Source: Chiloscyllium plagiosum (Eukaryota). From it: a stretch of 55,584 nt of DNA. Of the stretch, positions 26,601 to 40,011 are shown one piece after another (position 1 is the stretch's first letter; each line of letters starts with the position of its first letter). The stretch lies in assembly GCF_004010195.1 (NCBI RefSeq), contig NC_057718.1, forward strand, positions 68,496,401-68,551,984, read 5' to 3'. The notes under the pieces are model-generated. The model worked only from the letters and a program-made list of their open reading frames with translations. It had not been told where the DNA came from and made no database searches. Position numbers and translations under genes: made by a program.

Positions 26601-28802
26601 GATACATTTCTTACCCTAAAGGCTTATGAACATTTGGAAGTCTGTACCCCAAAAGTCAAAGATTCTCCATCACTAAATATATTTAAAGCTGAGATGGCCA
26701 AAGTTTTGAAGCAAGATATGGAGAATGGGCAGGAAAATAAAGTTGATGGAGAAGATCGACCTAAGTCATATTGATTAGCAGAGCAGACTAAAGGAAGTGT
26801 ATACATTGCTTCTATTTCTTACATTCCAGGTGTAAAGCCAAAATGGAATACTAAATAAAGTTGACCATTAAGAATTTCTAGTTGGTCCTTGTAGTTTGGC
26901 TAAATCCAAGATAACTGACCAAATATGTAAACACGGTTTTTCATTGCTTGCCCTCATCTTCACCTTTTCTGCAGTTGTATATTCCCTTAGAATTTGCAAA
27001 TAAAAAAGCAATGCAATGTAAACACTCAGCCATTTGGAGAAAAATATTCTTAAAATCCCACTCCAGTCACCACCAGTGATCAAAACCAGTGGAAATTTCA
27101 AGTTAGATGAAGTTGACAACATCTTACATCATCCTTGAGTATGTTCAAGCAGCTCTAGCAAAATTGAAGTTAATGGAAATTAGGAAGATAACTCTGCACT
27201 GTTTAGAGTCATGACTAGCACAAGGAAGATGGTTGTGATAGTTGAAGGCCAATCATTTCAGCTGTTTCATCAGTGACCTTCTCTCCGTGAGTTCAGAAGT
27301 GAGTGTGTCCGCTGATACTTGGACAATGTTGAGTTGTATTCACAGCTCATTTGATTTTGAAATAGTCCATGTTCATATACAGTAATTATGGAAAGTATCC
27401 AGTGGTTGGTAACATTTCTACCACGTTTGCCAGGCAATAACCGTCTTCAGTGACAGAACTTGACCATTTCTTTTTAATATTCAACATCGTCATCTTTGTA
27501 GAGTCCCCTACCTTCAATATCCAAGAGTTGCCTTTGATCAGAAACTTAATTTGGACCAGCCATAAAAACATCCACTCAAAGAGTAGGTTAACGGTGGTGA
27601 TTTCTGCACCAGTTAATTCATTTCCTGAGTCTCCAAAAGCATGCCTACTATTTATAAGGGATAAGTCAGGTCTGATGAAGTAGTCCTCATTTGTCAAATA
27701 TGTGCAATTCCAACAACATTGAGGTAGCTTGACAATCCAGGTCTACAAGATGCCCCCTAATAACCCATTTAGATTCCTTAAGCAGTACATTATGACATGA
27801 AGCTCTGCCATTCAAAAGATTGGCAGCAAATGCAAGGGAACATTATCGCCTGTAAGTTCTGCTCCAAGTCACACATCATTCTGACTTGAAGCTATAGTAC
27901 TGTCACAGGATCAAAATCCTGGAGCTGTCTAATGCAGCGTAGGTGTACCCACATCAAATGGAGTGCAGTAATTCAAGAAGGCAGCCTACTGGCATCTTCT
28001 CAAGGACAGTTAGGATGAATGACAGATGTAACTTTCTTTTATGGATAAGCTGGATGCAATGTCTGAAATGTGCACAAATTTTCTGAGACCAATGAATTTT
28101 ACGCTGATTGATATTTTATTTCCCCATTTATTTAATCCTGGATCAGATCACCAAAACGCAAACCTCAGTGTGTGCACTTTTATTCTTGTGTGCACAGTTT
28201 GAAAATGCAACTGTTCCAGGCACAAACCTCCACTCACCTTCAGTAGAAATGCAGCAAATCACAGAGATGTGAAATTACGGGGACTCAGCCTCATGATTCT
28301 ACCACTAGTTACTTGTCTTGAACTAAGATTTGGGTATTCCTGGGCAAAAGGTCAAGGAAAATCAGCACTTCTGAAATAAGCTAATTCTGGTTTAAAACTA
28401 TGCATATATATTTTATATCAGGTGAACATTGTGTCGCATCAAATTAGAATTACGTTGTATTTTTGTGCAAGCTTGCTCTTTTGGCAGGAGTTAATCCGAT
28501 CAACATTTTTCAGTAGACCCCATTGTACAGTGATGTGTCCTAATTTGTCTGTATTTTCTAAGATATTTATTTCCACAAGATAACTAATGTGTAGGCTGGT
28601 GAATAAATTATATGGAAGGTCAATGTGAATCAAGAAAAAGAACAAAAATTGATGAAAATACTTGAGTCAAACAGCATCTTTGCAAAGAGATTAAGATCAC
28701 GGTTTAAGTCAAAACTTAACTCTGTTTTCAAAGTTTGTGCGAAGATTTGTAGCTCGGGTGCTCGTTGTTGTGGTTCTGTTCGCCGAGCTGGAAGTTTTTG
28801 TT

Positions 28803-28842
28803 GCAAACGTTTCGTCCCCTGGCTAGGCGACATCATCAGTGC
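28803..28842 (-). ncRNA. Minimal hammerhead ribozyme motif (left PLE arm)
   Basis: Exact reverse complement of 30286-30325. Confidence 0.6.
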
Positions 28843-28867
28843 TTGGGAGCCTCCCGCGAAGCGCTTC

Positions 28868-29523
28868 NNNNNNNNNNNNNNNNNNNNNNNNNNNNNNNNN
28901 NNNNNNNNNNNNNNNNNNNNNNNNNNNNNNNNNNNNNNNNNNNNNNNNNNNNNNNNNNNNNNNNNNNNNNNNNNNNNNNNNNNNNNNNNNNNNNNNNNNN
29001 NNNNNNNNNNNNNNNNNNNNNNNNNNNNNNNNNNNNNNNNNNNNNNNNNNNNNNNNNNNNNNNNNNNNNNNNNNNNNNNNNNNNNNNNNNNNNNNNNNNN
29101 NNNNNNNNNNNNNNNNNNNNNNNNNNNNNNNNNNNNNNNNNNNNNNNNNNNNNNNNNNNNNNNNNNNNNNNNNNNNNNNNNNNNNNNNNNNNNNNNNNNN
29201 NNNNNNNNNNNNNNNNNNNNNNNNNNNNNNNNNNNNNNNNNNNNNNNNNNNNNNNNNNNNNNNNNNNNNNNNNNNNNNNNNNNNNNNNNNNNNNNNNNNN
29301 NNNNNNNNNNNNNNNNNNNNNNNNNNNNNNNNNNNNNNNNNNNNNNNNNNNNNNNNNNNNNNNNNNNNNNNNNNNNNNNNNNNNNNNNNNNNNNNNNNNN
29401 NNNNNNNNNNNNNNNNNNNNNNNNNNNNNNNNNNNNNNNNNNNNNNNNNNNNNNNNNNNNNNNNNNNNNNNNNNNNNNNNNNNNNNNNNNNNNNNNNNNN
29501 NNNNNNNNNNNNNNNNNNNNNNN
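28868..29523. other. Assembly gap
   Basis: Run of N. Confidence 0.99.
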
Positions 29524-30285
29524 CATGGTATTTTGTACACTATATTCGTCTTGCTCATGTTGGGTCTCGGGTCCTTCGTTCTGTGAGTTGTTGTCTGAGC
29601 GTGGCTGTTGGTTTGTGTGCTGTTATGAGTCCTAGGGGTCGCAGTAGTCTGGCTGTCAGTTCTGTGGTGCTCCTGATGTATGGTAGTGTGGCTTGTCCTT
29701 TTGGTTGTGGTATGTCCTCGTTCCGTGGTCTTTCTCTTAGTCATCTGTTGATGAAGTTGCGCGGGTATCCGTTTTTGGCGAATATCTTGTATAGGTGTTC
29801 CTCTTCTTCTTTTTGCAGTTCTGGTGTACTGCAGTGTGTTGTGTTGAGACAACAACTCACCAGAACGAAGGACCCGATACCCAACGTGAGCAAAACTAAT
29901 GTAGTGTACAAAATCCCATGCAAGGACTGCACTAAACACTATATAGGACAAACAGGAAGACAGCTAACAATCCGCATACATGAACACCAACTAGCCACGA
30001 AACGACACGAGCAGCTATCCTTAGTAGCCACACACGCAGACAACAAGCAACATGAATTCGACTGGGACAACACTACTATCATAGGGCAAGCCAGGCAGAG
30101 AACAGCCAGGGAATTCCTAGAGTCATGGCATTCATCCACAAACTCCATCAACAAACACATCGACCTGGACCCAATATACCAACCACTACAGCGGACAGCT
30201 GAAACTGACAACCGGAAGCGGCAGGGACAGACCACTATAAACACTGGAGGAAACATCAAAGAAGCGCTTCGCAGGAGGCTCCCAA

Positions 30286-30325
30286 GCACTGATGATGTCG
30301 CCTAGCCAGGGGACGAAACGTTTGC
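30286..30325 (+). ncRNA. Minimal hammerhead ribozyme motif (right PLE arm)
   Basis: GCA-CUGAUGA-U-GUCGCCU AGCC AGGGGAC-GAAAC-GUU-UGC. The core is intact, stem II has one mismatch, and palindromic AACGUU replaces stem III. Confidence 0.6.
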
Positions 30326-30465
30326 AACAAAAACTTAACTCTGTTTTCTGTGTATGGATGCTGCTTGACTGCTGCGTATTGGTGTGTAACAGAATAATCT
30401 GAGTCAGAGTTGCTATAGCAATGCTTATTTTTACATGCATTTGTAGTTTGGAGCTATGGCTGACT

Positions 30466-30990
30466 TCAGTCGAGAGTGTTGTGCTAGAAAAGCCCAGCAG
30501 GTCAGGCAGCATCTGAGGAACAAGAGAACTGACATTTCGTGCAAAAGCTTTCCTGATGAAAGGCTTTTGCCCGAAACGTCAATTCTCCTGCTCCTTATAT
30601 GCTGCCTGACCTGCTGTGCTTTTCCACACCACATTTTTTTTTAGATTACTTAGTGTGGAAACAGGCCCTGCGGCCCAACAAGTCCACACCGACCCGCCGA
30701 AGCGCACCCACTCAGACCCATTCCCCTACATTTACCCCTGCACCTAACACTACGGGCAATTTAGCATGGCCAGTTCACCTAAACTGCACATTTTTGGACT
30801 GTGGGAGGAAACCAGAGAACCTGGAGGAAACCCACGCAGACACTGGGAGAATGTGCAAGCTCCACCCAGTCAGTTGCCTGAGGCGGGAAATGAACCTGGG
30901 TCTCTGGCGCTGTGAGGCAGCAGTGCTAGCCACCGTGCCGCCTGCATTCTCTACTCTGATCTCCAGCATCTGCAGTCCTCACTTTTTCCC
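30466..30990. mobile_element. Inverted PLE-terminus mini-element with a hammerhead motif (30553-30580), split by a SINE
   Basis: Minus arm 30466-30550. The plus arm starts cctgatgaaaggcttttgcccgaaacgtc and resumes at about 30947 (ctctgatctccagcatctgcagtcctcac). Confidence 0.75.
30641..30942 (-). mobile_element. HE1/V-SINE-like SINE, CpG-retaining and relatively young
   Basis: Reverse strand begins ggcggcacggtggctagcactgctgcctcacagcgccag, followed by the shared core and tail. Confidence 0.85.
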
Positions 30991-31384
30991 TTTCAGTCTA
31001 CCGTATGTGATCATGAACTCCTGAAGTGGGACTCAAACTCAGCACTTCTGATTCAGAAGGTGTGACACTGCCTGCTGTGTCACAACAGTTCCTATCTGCT
31101 GAATATTTCCCACATTTTCTGTTTTATTTCATATTTCCAGCATCTGCAAATTTTTGTTTTTGTAATATGAATTACATATCTATCTACCATTTATGTTTTA
31201 AAAGCCTACTTGAAGGAGTCTCTAATGTAAAGTATTGTAATTTACAGCGAAAGTTTGGCAAATCCTATTTTACTTAGTACGATTTAAAGTTGTTATGGAG
31301 ATAAAGACTTAGAAATGCGGTTCTTTAACATACAGTTCTGCACATTCTAAACCATTTTGGTACTAAAAAAGCATTCATGCTGTA

Positions 31385-31860
31385 TTAGCGAGTTTTGAGA
31401 AGATGTGTAGCTCAGGTTGAGGTTCTGGATGTAGGTTTGCTCGCTGAGCTAGAAGGTTCATTTTCAGACGTTTCATCACCTTACTAGGTGACGAATGAGC
31501 CTCCAGATGAAGCGCTGGTGGCATGGCCTGCTTTCTGTTTGTGTTTAGGTTTTCTTGGGTTGCTGATGTCATATCCTGTGCTGAAGCCACTTCCTGGGGT
31601 GACGTCATTCCCTGTTATTTTTCTCAGGGGGTGGTAAATGGGACCCAAATCAACATGTTTGTTGATAGAGTTCCAGTTGGAATACCATGCTTCTAGGATT
31701 TCTGCCTATTTGACCTAGGATTTCTAGGCCAAACAGGCAGAAAACTAGCCAGCAGGATACATGAACATCAAGTAGCCACAAAAAAAATGACCCACTCGCA
31801 CTAGTATCCTTACATACAGATGAAGAAGGACATCACTTCGACTGGGACAACTCATCCATC
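31385..31860. mobile_element. Degenerate Penelope/Poseidon-type PLE with 5' inversion
   Basis: The minus arm (31385-31718) matches the 3' part of 13242-13745. The plus arm (31722-31860) matches the part just upstream of that. Confidence 0.75.
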
Positions 31861-34014
31861 GCACTAATCTTGACTCTAATCTCCAGCATCTGCGTCCTCA
31901 CTTTCGCCTAGATATTGTTGGCAGATGAGTATAGAATGAGTTGTGAATATGCAAGGGTGTTTTTCAGTTGTAAAGATATATAATTTTAAGACTGATCACT
32001 CTTGTGAGATTATTATATTTCATCTGACGCTGATCCAGATTCTCAGACTGACCCTATTTGACCGTCTCTCAACTCCCATTTCCTTTGAACACCTTGTCTG
32101 GAGGTCTGTAAAACACCGCATGGCAGCAAGATTTCTATTTGTTGGTCAGAAGAGCAGAGAACTTCCTCAAGCAATTCCAAGATGAAGGCTGTACACGATG
32201 GGTTCACGACCCCAGTAGCAGCGCACATTTCTGACCAGGTTGCCTTCATGAATGTGAGATTTACTTTGGTAGCACCCCATCTGACAATCACATGCAAAAG
32301 ACACTCTCCCTTCACTTCCTCTAAAACAAAGCAGTCCTGTGAACAAAGATGCATACTTTCAAAGTTCATCTTTGCTTGGTATCAGTTCTTGTTTTGTCAG
32401 CTGCACATTGATGGTGTGGAAGCCTTTGTGGTTGATGAATCCTCTGAAGTGGTGTGGAGCACTGCGATTGTCATATCCAGCAGACAGCGATGCTGTGCAC
32501 CTGGGGAAAGTCAGTGAATGCCCCAAATCTTAAAAACCTGCTCACTTAATTTTATTCTGAATCAATAGGGCTTTGGAAAATTACTATTAATATATCTACA
32601 CTTCCTTTATCTATTTCTGTTAATCATGTGTTTGGAGACCATCAAGTCCTGGAGATCACCTTGGTCCTATTATTTTTTTCATTTATGATTTTTGCCTTGT
32701 ATTGAATCCACTTTATTCCTTGTCTTGATTTATTTAATCTTCCTTGTATTTCTTTTTATTTTAACCTCTATCATTTCTTTACTCATAGCAATTTTTGAAT
32801 ATGTCTATCGTAAATGAGGCCACATTTCCTGAACCACTCTTTCTTTCTCAACATTTTTTATAAAAGCTATTAGGTTTCTCCCCCCCACATTCCCTTTCCC
32901 ATTCTTAATTTATATCTTTTTGTTTTGAAAATTGGCTTTCATTTTGCCAGTCTACAAGGTTTGTAGACACCCACAGCTGAAGAGCGAATTTTAAAAAAAT
33001 TTACCTTATTTAAAACCTTAGTTTGTGCTTCTCCTTTCTCTGTTGCACTAAATATCACATTCAATCATTTCATGTTCTTCGTTGGAATTCTAAAATGGGA
33101 TTTAAAAACTCAAAAAAGAATTTCACACTCTTGCCAAGTGAATCTTTCAATATCAATTGTTGATTTAAACTTGTAAAGCCCTTATCACCGATTCAAAATC
33201 TATTGACATAAAAATTGCAATTGAAATTCTAATTAGGAGGGTTTTTTAAAATGGCAATTTTTCAATTTCTGTCTGCCTTTCCAAAGTTAAATATTTCTCT
33301 CTCTTGGTTGACTGACAAATGAAATTTCACCCATTTGCACGCTTAATGGCATTTACTTTCAAGTTGTTGCTTCTTTCAAAGCTGATAAGTTGCTGGATTT
33401 TAATACTCTTCCTCGTTATTTTGATTTGTCTGCTCAAAATTGGCAAATAACTAATAAAACTTATTTCTAAATTGACAGACATACATTTACAATATATTTA
33501 TAATATTTTATACTACCTACATTATGTAGACCTATTTATAAACTAAACTTTTAGAATCATTTAAATTTTCCTCTTTCATCTAAAAATAGATTATTAACTA
33601 TATATTTGACTCAATATTTCATTTTGATCAGAATAGAAGAACATAGTGCTATTACTGGCGGAAAATGCGGTTTTGCTTTAAATCCTAAGATGTAAGATTT
33701 GGTGAGTCTGTCATAATCATCTTGAATTTCCCTGGCAAATCTATCAACTTCCTTTCATAAGGTTTACGAAACCCAAAACAAATTGCTCCATTTTGCTGGT
33801 CTTTTTTTATAATGGAGATTGGGAAATTCCTGCATGAATTTTATCTCTCAAAAAATTACCTCCCCATGTTTGGTATGGTTCTCCCTGCACCTCTCAATTT
33901 AAAACCTGAAAATATCATAACATGACCTTGTTATGACTGTTAGTAAACATTGCTTGGGTCTGATGATTCTTGTCCCCTTTCTTTGTCTATTCTGTAGTGT
34001 GATAGCAGGATTAT

Positions 34015-34160
34015 TGGCTAACCTACATATCCCTGAACACTATGGCCAATTTAGCGTGGCTAACCCACCTAACTTGCACATCTTTGGACTGTGGGAGGAA
34101 AGCAGAGCACCTAATGGAAAACCACCCAGACATGGGAAGAACATGCAAACTCTACACAGT
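34015..34160 (-). mobile_element. V-SINE-like central fragment
   Basis: caatttagcgtggctaacccacctaacttgcacatctttggactgtgggaggaaa core. Confidence 0.7.
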
Positions 34161-36199
34161 TGAAATTATTTGACACCCTAACTTGGCTTCCAAGTCATGT
34201 GCATTAATTAATGTGAAAAGTACATAGTCAAATTTTCAGGTCCATCAAGTTGGTCAGTAGGAATGGTGATTCAATAAGTAGTGGGGAAAAAAAAAGCATT
34301 GTCAGGAGGTACATGAAATCACATAAAAATTGTGTTTTATATAAAGGTGCTGTGTGGCGGTGGATGCTTTGGCTGAAAAATTGATACTTTGATCGGTAGT
34401 TATTCTCTGAGACGCAAACATACCTGCTTACTTTCAAGATAATTGCTGTTACTCAGTTTCTTTGAAAGGACAAATAAGCTTAAATTGTTTGAGTAGTCAT
34501 TAAATCCTAAACATTACAAGTATGCCAGCATATTGTAAAATGGAGAAATCAGTGACTAATACTGGATGGTTGGTGACTTAATGATGTCCAGTATTATCTG
34601 TTTCACAGTTATGCAATTTGAATCAATATGAGTTGGAACGATCATACAGCTGTATGTTTTTGCATTCACTCATGGAATATGGGCACTTTGAAATGATAAC
34701 CAGTTGATGCGTTATCTACCTTTTAATTTTCTTTTGTAACACTGTAAGTTTCACATCCCCAAGTACCTATCCAACTCATTTTGAATCTATAACCTCAGAC
34801 TATTGACACATTTGTCAAGGGAATTTTATTCTCTATCCATATCATTCCATCAGCTTAGACTTCATGGAGGCCAATTCTTCCTCTTCACTATTCCAAAGAG
34901 AACAGATCTAGTTTATCCAACCTCTCCTTATAACTGATAACTCTCTTAGTAGGCCTTCTTGATCACCTTTTATAAGACTTTTATGCCTTTTTCCTTAAGT
35001 GGATTCACAGAGCTGATCACAATATTTCAGTTGAAGCTTTAACAGTTCTAGTATTATCTCTTCTGTTTTTAAATTCAAGGGATCTATATTCTTTTTATAA
35101 CCACCTTATCAATTTCCCTCGCCATCATTAAGGATTTATGTACAGGCACCAAGATTTCTGATCATATACTGTTTTCAGAACTCTGCTAGTTATAGTAAAT
35201 AATTAATAGCCTTTGCACTTGAGTCCTTCCAAAGATCTGCACTGCACTCTTCTCCACATGAAACTCTATTTGCCATATTTTGCTCATTTCATCACCTCTT
35301 TGTCATTCAAATGCATCTTGTTATTTGATTGCTGGCTGCTATTTGCCAGGTTTTATATGATATGCATATAGCAACCATGTAGTGTGCCATTTTGGAATCA
35401 TAAATTATGAGGAGAATAGTAAATATGTTAATATGATGTTTACAATTCAGCACCATTACTTCAACTTATTAATTACATTGCAATATAATTTAATGTTAAG
35501 TGGATTGATGGGGAGTGACAAATCTGAAAACATGCCAGCAATCCAAAAGATTGATGTTAAAACATTGGCTTCTTTGAGTTTATTCAATCAGCAATTGTGT
35601 CATACAGATCAGAAAATTCTCAATTCCATTCCAAATACATTCTCTTTGCTAATCTTAGCCAGTGTATAAGCTACTGCAGTGTAGAAATACAATTTGATTT
35701 CTCACCATAATCTAGGCAGAAGCTAAAGAATAACCTAATTACAGTTACAAAATGAGCCAATATTTATCCGTTAAAGCTCATGTTTGAATGTTGGTATGTT
35801 TTGCAATTTGTACCAGAGGGAAGCCACCACTTATGAAACTGCTCCAAGAAACAATGAACACATTTAAGAAAGTTTTAAAGAAAGGAAAATAACGTTTTTT
35901 TTAAAAAAAACATGATGAGAGCTGCAATAGCATCATTTAGCTGTTTGCAGGGCCAATGCAGTGCTTCTGAGAACATAGTCATAGAATGTAGCCAGGAAGA
36001 CTAAAGATAAATTTTCAACAATTATACAATTTGTGTTTAATAAGTTGTAATTTTTTTGCATGGAAATTGCATGTACTTTCTAGCAATAAATCTGCATGTT
36101 TCTTGAATTAAATATTGTTCTGTTTTATTTGCATGGCTTGATAGCTTTCTAATTATTTTATTGTCAAAAATGTACAAATATTCACTGTACTGTTCCAAT

Positions 36200-37130
36200 A
36201 TTAGAGAATAACATATAGTGGGGTCAGTGTTATGAACACTGCTTTTCTTGCATTACATTTATGATCTAAATGTCAGTGTGCAACACAATTTCAAAATCTG
36301 CAGATTACACAACAGTTGGAAGTATTGTGAGATGGATGGTAACAGACTTTGAAGACATAGGTTGGTGTAATTTGCAGAACAAGTGGCCAATTAAATTGAA
36401 TGCAGAGAAACATGAAGTGATGCTAAAGAGCAATTTTATCTACTAAAACAATTGTAATGTGGTTGCAGGATCAAAGTATCCTGTGATAGGTTGTATTTGT
36501 GTACAGATCATTAAAGTTGGTAGGACAGGTTGAGAAGCTGGTTAATAGGTATACGGCATCTTTGGAATCATAAATTGAGGCACAGACAACGAAAGCAAGA
36601 AAGTTGTGGTGAATCTTTACAAAATACTGGTCCCACCTTAAATGAAGTTTTGCATCAGAGTCTGCACTCATACTTTAGGAAGGATGGGAAGACGATGAGG
36701 AGGATATAGAAAACAAAAATCTTAAGAATGATTTTAGCATTTAAGAAGGGACTTCAGGTATGCAGTTATATTGGTGAAGCTGGGTGTGTTCCCTTATAAA
36801 TGAAAGTTGAGAGAATATTATAAACAAATTACCTGAATAACCTAGGTGGGGAGGAATTCTGTCTGTTAGTGAAAGGATTGAGAACCAGACAATTTAAATC
36901 GATTAGCAAAAGAACCACAGGCAGTATGAGGAAAGTCATTTTTACGCAACCAGTGGTTAGGATCTGGAATGCAGCTCCTGAGCATCAGATGGAAACATTT
37001 GTTAATAGCTTTCACAAGGGAATTGTCTAATTATCTGAAGAGGAAAGATTTGTGGGGTCATGGGGACAAAATGGATGAATGGGAGTCAATCTTGCAGAGA
37101 GCTGGCATAGACATGTACGACCAAATGACC
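36200..37130 (+). mobile_element. Old, highly diverged CR1-like LINE 3' portion
   Basis: Residual similarity to the CR1 RT C-terminus and tail (tttacgcaaccagtggttaggatctggaatgca). Confidence 0.6.
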
Positions 37131-38025
37131 AGATTTCTACTTAATGAAGTTTTGTCAGTTATTATGGAGCAAAAGAAGAGTGTTCAACCCATCATGTCCA
37201 TGCCAGCTCTATAGAGAGCTATTCAGTCATTCTTGGTTCCTAGCTTGATCTTAGTATCCCTCGTTTGTTTCCCGTTCATCCAGTGTCCTTTTGGAATTAT
37301 TGATCATCTCCACTTCCACCATTTTTGGAGGCACTGAGTTCCAAATCATTACCATTTGCTGTTTAGCAAAGCTCTTCCATGATCCTCTACATCTCCTGTC
37401 CAAAACCAGAAAATTAATACTGCCACCAGCTTATTTAAACAGCATTTCTTTGTCCACTTTATCTAAATATACCATAATCTTGGAGACCTCTGTCAAACCT
37501 CCCTGCAGTCTAGCTTCACCAGCCTATCATTGTAGCTTGGGTCCCTCATTCTGGAACTATTTGTGATATTCACCTCTACATTTTCTGAAGGCCCTTTCCA
37601 TCCTTACTAAATGTGTAGTGCCCAGAACTGAGATGCAATATCCTGGTTGTGGTCTAGCCAGAACTTAATAAAGGTTAGGTAACTCTACTGATTTTATGCT
37701 CAAAACTTCTATTTATGATGCTTAAGGGTCCCTATGCTTAATTAAATTGGAATGTAAATTTCAGTACCCATGTGATGACAGTGTCTCAAAGTCTGGTGGT
37801 GTATAGTACCAAACAGGATATTACCTTGGGCTGCTTGCAACAAGCAAGGTGTTGACCGTAACCAGCCAGCACTTGTCAAATTCATTACAAAACATATGAC
37901 ATTAATTGTGATTCTGCAGTTGGATGATGTTTGCAAAAGAATCCTAAGTGTACAAAGAATTATGCTGACATCAATTTAGGATTCTTGATTGGGCTCAGAG
38001 TTTGACAAACTTTAGTATATTGGAG

Positions 38026-38630
38026 AAGAGGTGATAGTCTAGTGGTAATGTCACTAGACTAGTAATCTAGAGCTCCAGACTAATGTTTGGGGATATAGGA
38101 TCAAATACCATGAAGATGGAGGATGAAATTTAAATTTTCTGTAAAGCTGTAATTAACAACAGGCAGAATAGTGAATCAAAACTAGAGGACAAAGGTATAA
38201 GGTAAAAGGGGAAAGACTTAAAAATGACTTGAGGGGTAACTTTTTCATGCAGAGGGTGGTATGTGTATGGAACAAGCTTCTAGAGGAAGTGGAGGCGGTA
38301 GGTACAATTACAATATTTAAAAGGCATCTGGATGGGTCTATGAATAGGAAAATAAGGATTAAATGCTGGCAAATGGGACTTGGTCAGATCAGGATGTTTG
38401 ATCAGTATGGATGAGTTGGACCGAAGGGTCTATTTGCATGCTGTACGACTCTTCTAATGAATGATGTAAAAATTCTATTTGGTCACTAGTGTCCTTTTGT
38501 GAATGGAAATCTGGCATTGTTACTGGTTTGGCCTGCATGTGAATAACATTAATTGTACTCCATGATTGCCTAAAAAAACATTCAGTTCAAAGGCAGTTAG
38601 GGTTGGGCAATGCCAGTGAAGCACAAATAC
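38026..38630 (+). mobile_element. tRNA-headed repeat (short form), interrupted by a CR1 3' fragment at about 38170-38452
   Basis: Head tagtggtaatgtcactagactagtaatctagag is homologous to 52449-52540. The inserted piece reads MRGNFFMQRVVCVWNKL. Confidence 0.6.
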
Positions 38631-39662
38631 AATTAGGGATCTTTTTTGTTTGAAAGCCATGGATACACAGCCATTTCAGATGGGAAGAATGTGCACATAC
38701 TATGCCAGTTTAAACTCTACAAAGCAGGTGGCAAGCATTGTCAGCTTTATTTCTGAAGGCAATGCCTTGACTAATCCGAGTCAACGTGCCTCATGTAAGC
38801 TTTAAATAAAGCTTGGCAATTAACTGTCAATCATCAGAAATTGGTGCACTCACCATAGCATCTCCTCTATGAATTGGAGTTTACTTACCATCCAATCAGT
38901 GCTGAATTTCACATTGTTTAGATGCTACTTTTCCTTTATTTTATTGCTTATGAGTTGTCCTGACCAGTGTAAAATGTAAAACTTTGACAGAATGTGCCTT
39001 TTCTTTCCAGCAATGCTCCAGGCCTGTACTACCAAATTGCTATTTGCACTAGAAATATGCTTACACTTTTTTGTGTGAATAGTGATAGACTCTTCTAAGT
39101 TTATTTTTGAACACTTGAGTAAAACTTCACTTTGAAGAATGATATTTTTTTTCTCCGGTGTTTTAAAAAATAGTTATTGTAATAAGTTTTTCAAACAAAT
39201 CATTCTTTTTGTACAAATATTATGATTGTTCATTGTCCTAAAATTGTCCTAAAATATCCAAATAGATATTGAGTCATTTGAAATATTTAAGATTGATATT
39301 GCTAGATTTTTGTTACTTGACAGTACCAAGGGATGTAGAGCCAGAATGAATAAATGAAGTTGAGATGCAGATAACCATGATCTAATTGAACAGGGGAACA
39401 AGCTAAGGAACAAAGTGAGCTAGTTTGGTATCTAAGTTCTTCCAGTTCCAGCCTGGGGAATGTAGGAGTCATAGCTGCTTCTACCAAATGGTGCCTAGTG
39501 TGTGAACAGAAACTGCCCTGACAATTAATGTGACAGTATCAGTGTAATCTCTTCTTTAAGGAAAATTGGGGTTCACAAAGATCACCCTCAATTACTGTTT
39601 TTTACATAATTTTCCTTGAGTGCCTAGTTAAAATTGAGACAATTAATGATTATGGGCCATTT

Positions 39663-40011
39663 GGGTGGCATGGTGGCTCAGTGGTTAGCGCTGCTGCCTC
39701 ACAGCGCTAGGGACCTGGGTTTGATTCCTGCCTCGGTTAACTGTCTGTGTGGAGTTTGCATATTCCCCTCGTGTCTGCATGGGTTTCCTCCGCGTGCTCT
39801 GATTTTCTCCCACAATCCAAAAATGTGCAGGTTAGGTGATTGGCCATGCTAAATTGCCCATAGTGTTAGGTGCATTAGCCAGGGGTAAATATAGGGTAGG
39901 GGAACATACCATCATGGAACACAGAGTCTGGGTGGGTTACTCTTCGGAGGGTCGGTGCGGTCTTGTTAGGCCGAAGGGCCTGTTTCCATATTGTAGAATA
40001 TCTAATCTAAT
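39663..40011 (+). mobile_element. HE1/V-SINE-like SINE, full length
   Basis: A-box tggctcagtgg, B-box-like ggtttgattcc, core, CR1-like tail gccgaagggcctgtttcc and (tctaa)n end. Confidence 0.87.

Larger units (their letters stand above)
28730..30336. mobile_element. Young Penelope/Poseidon-type PLE insertion with two inverted arms (spans an N gap)
   Basis: Minus arm about 29843 to 28730 (RT C-terminus EEEHLYKIFAKNGYP.. to the 3' end). Plus arm about 29844-30336 with an open GIY-YIG frame NVVYKIPCKDCTKHYIGQTGRQLTIRIHEH..AREFLESWHS..IN. 19-bp direct repeat aaaacttaactctgttttc at 28711-28729 and 30330-30348. Confidence 0.9.

Noticed and set aside
28625..30305. Long ORFs of 270-490 aa
   Set aside because: Their length comes from the N gap. 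The only real coding content is PLE RT and GIY-YIG fragments.
33632..33711. Possible cryptic exon (ttttgatcag| ... gtaaga/gtgagt)
   Set aside because: Weak pyrimidine tract, immediate in-frame stop and no other support.
39663..39735. tRNA gene
   Set aside because: The A/B boxes belong to a SINE head that continues into the SINE body. The same applies to the other copies.
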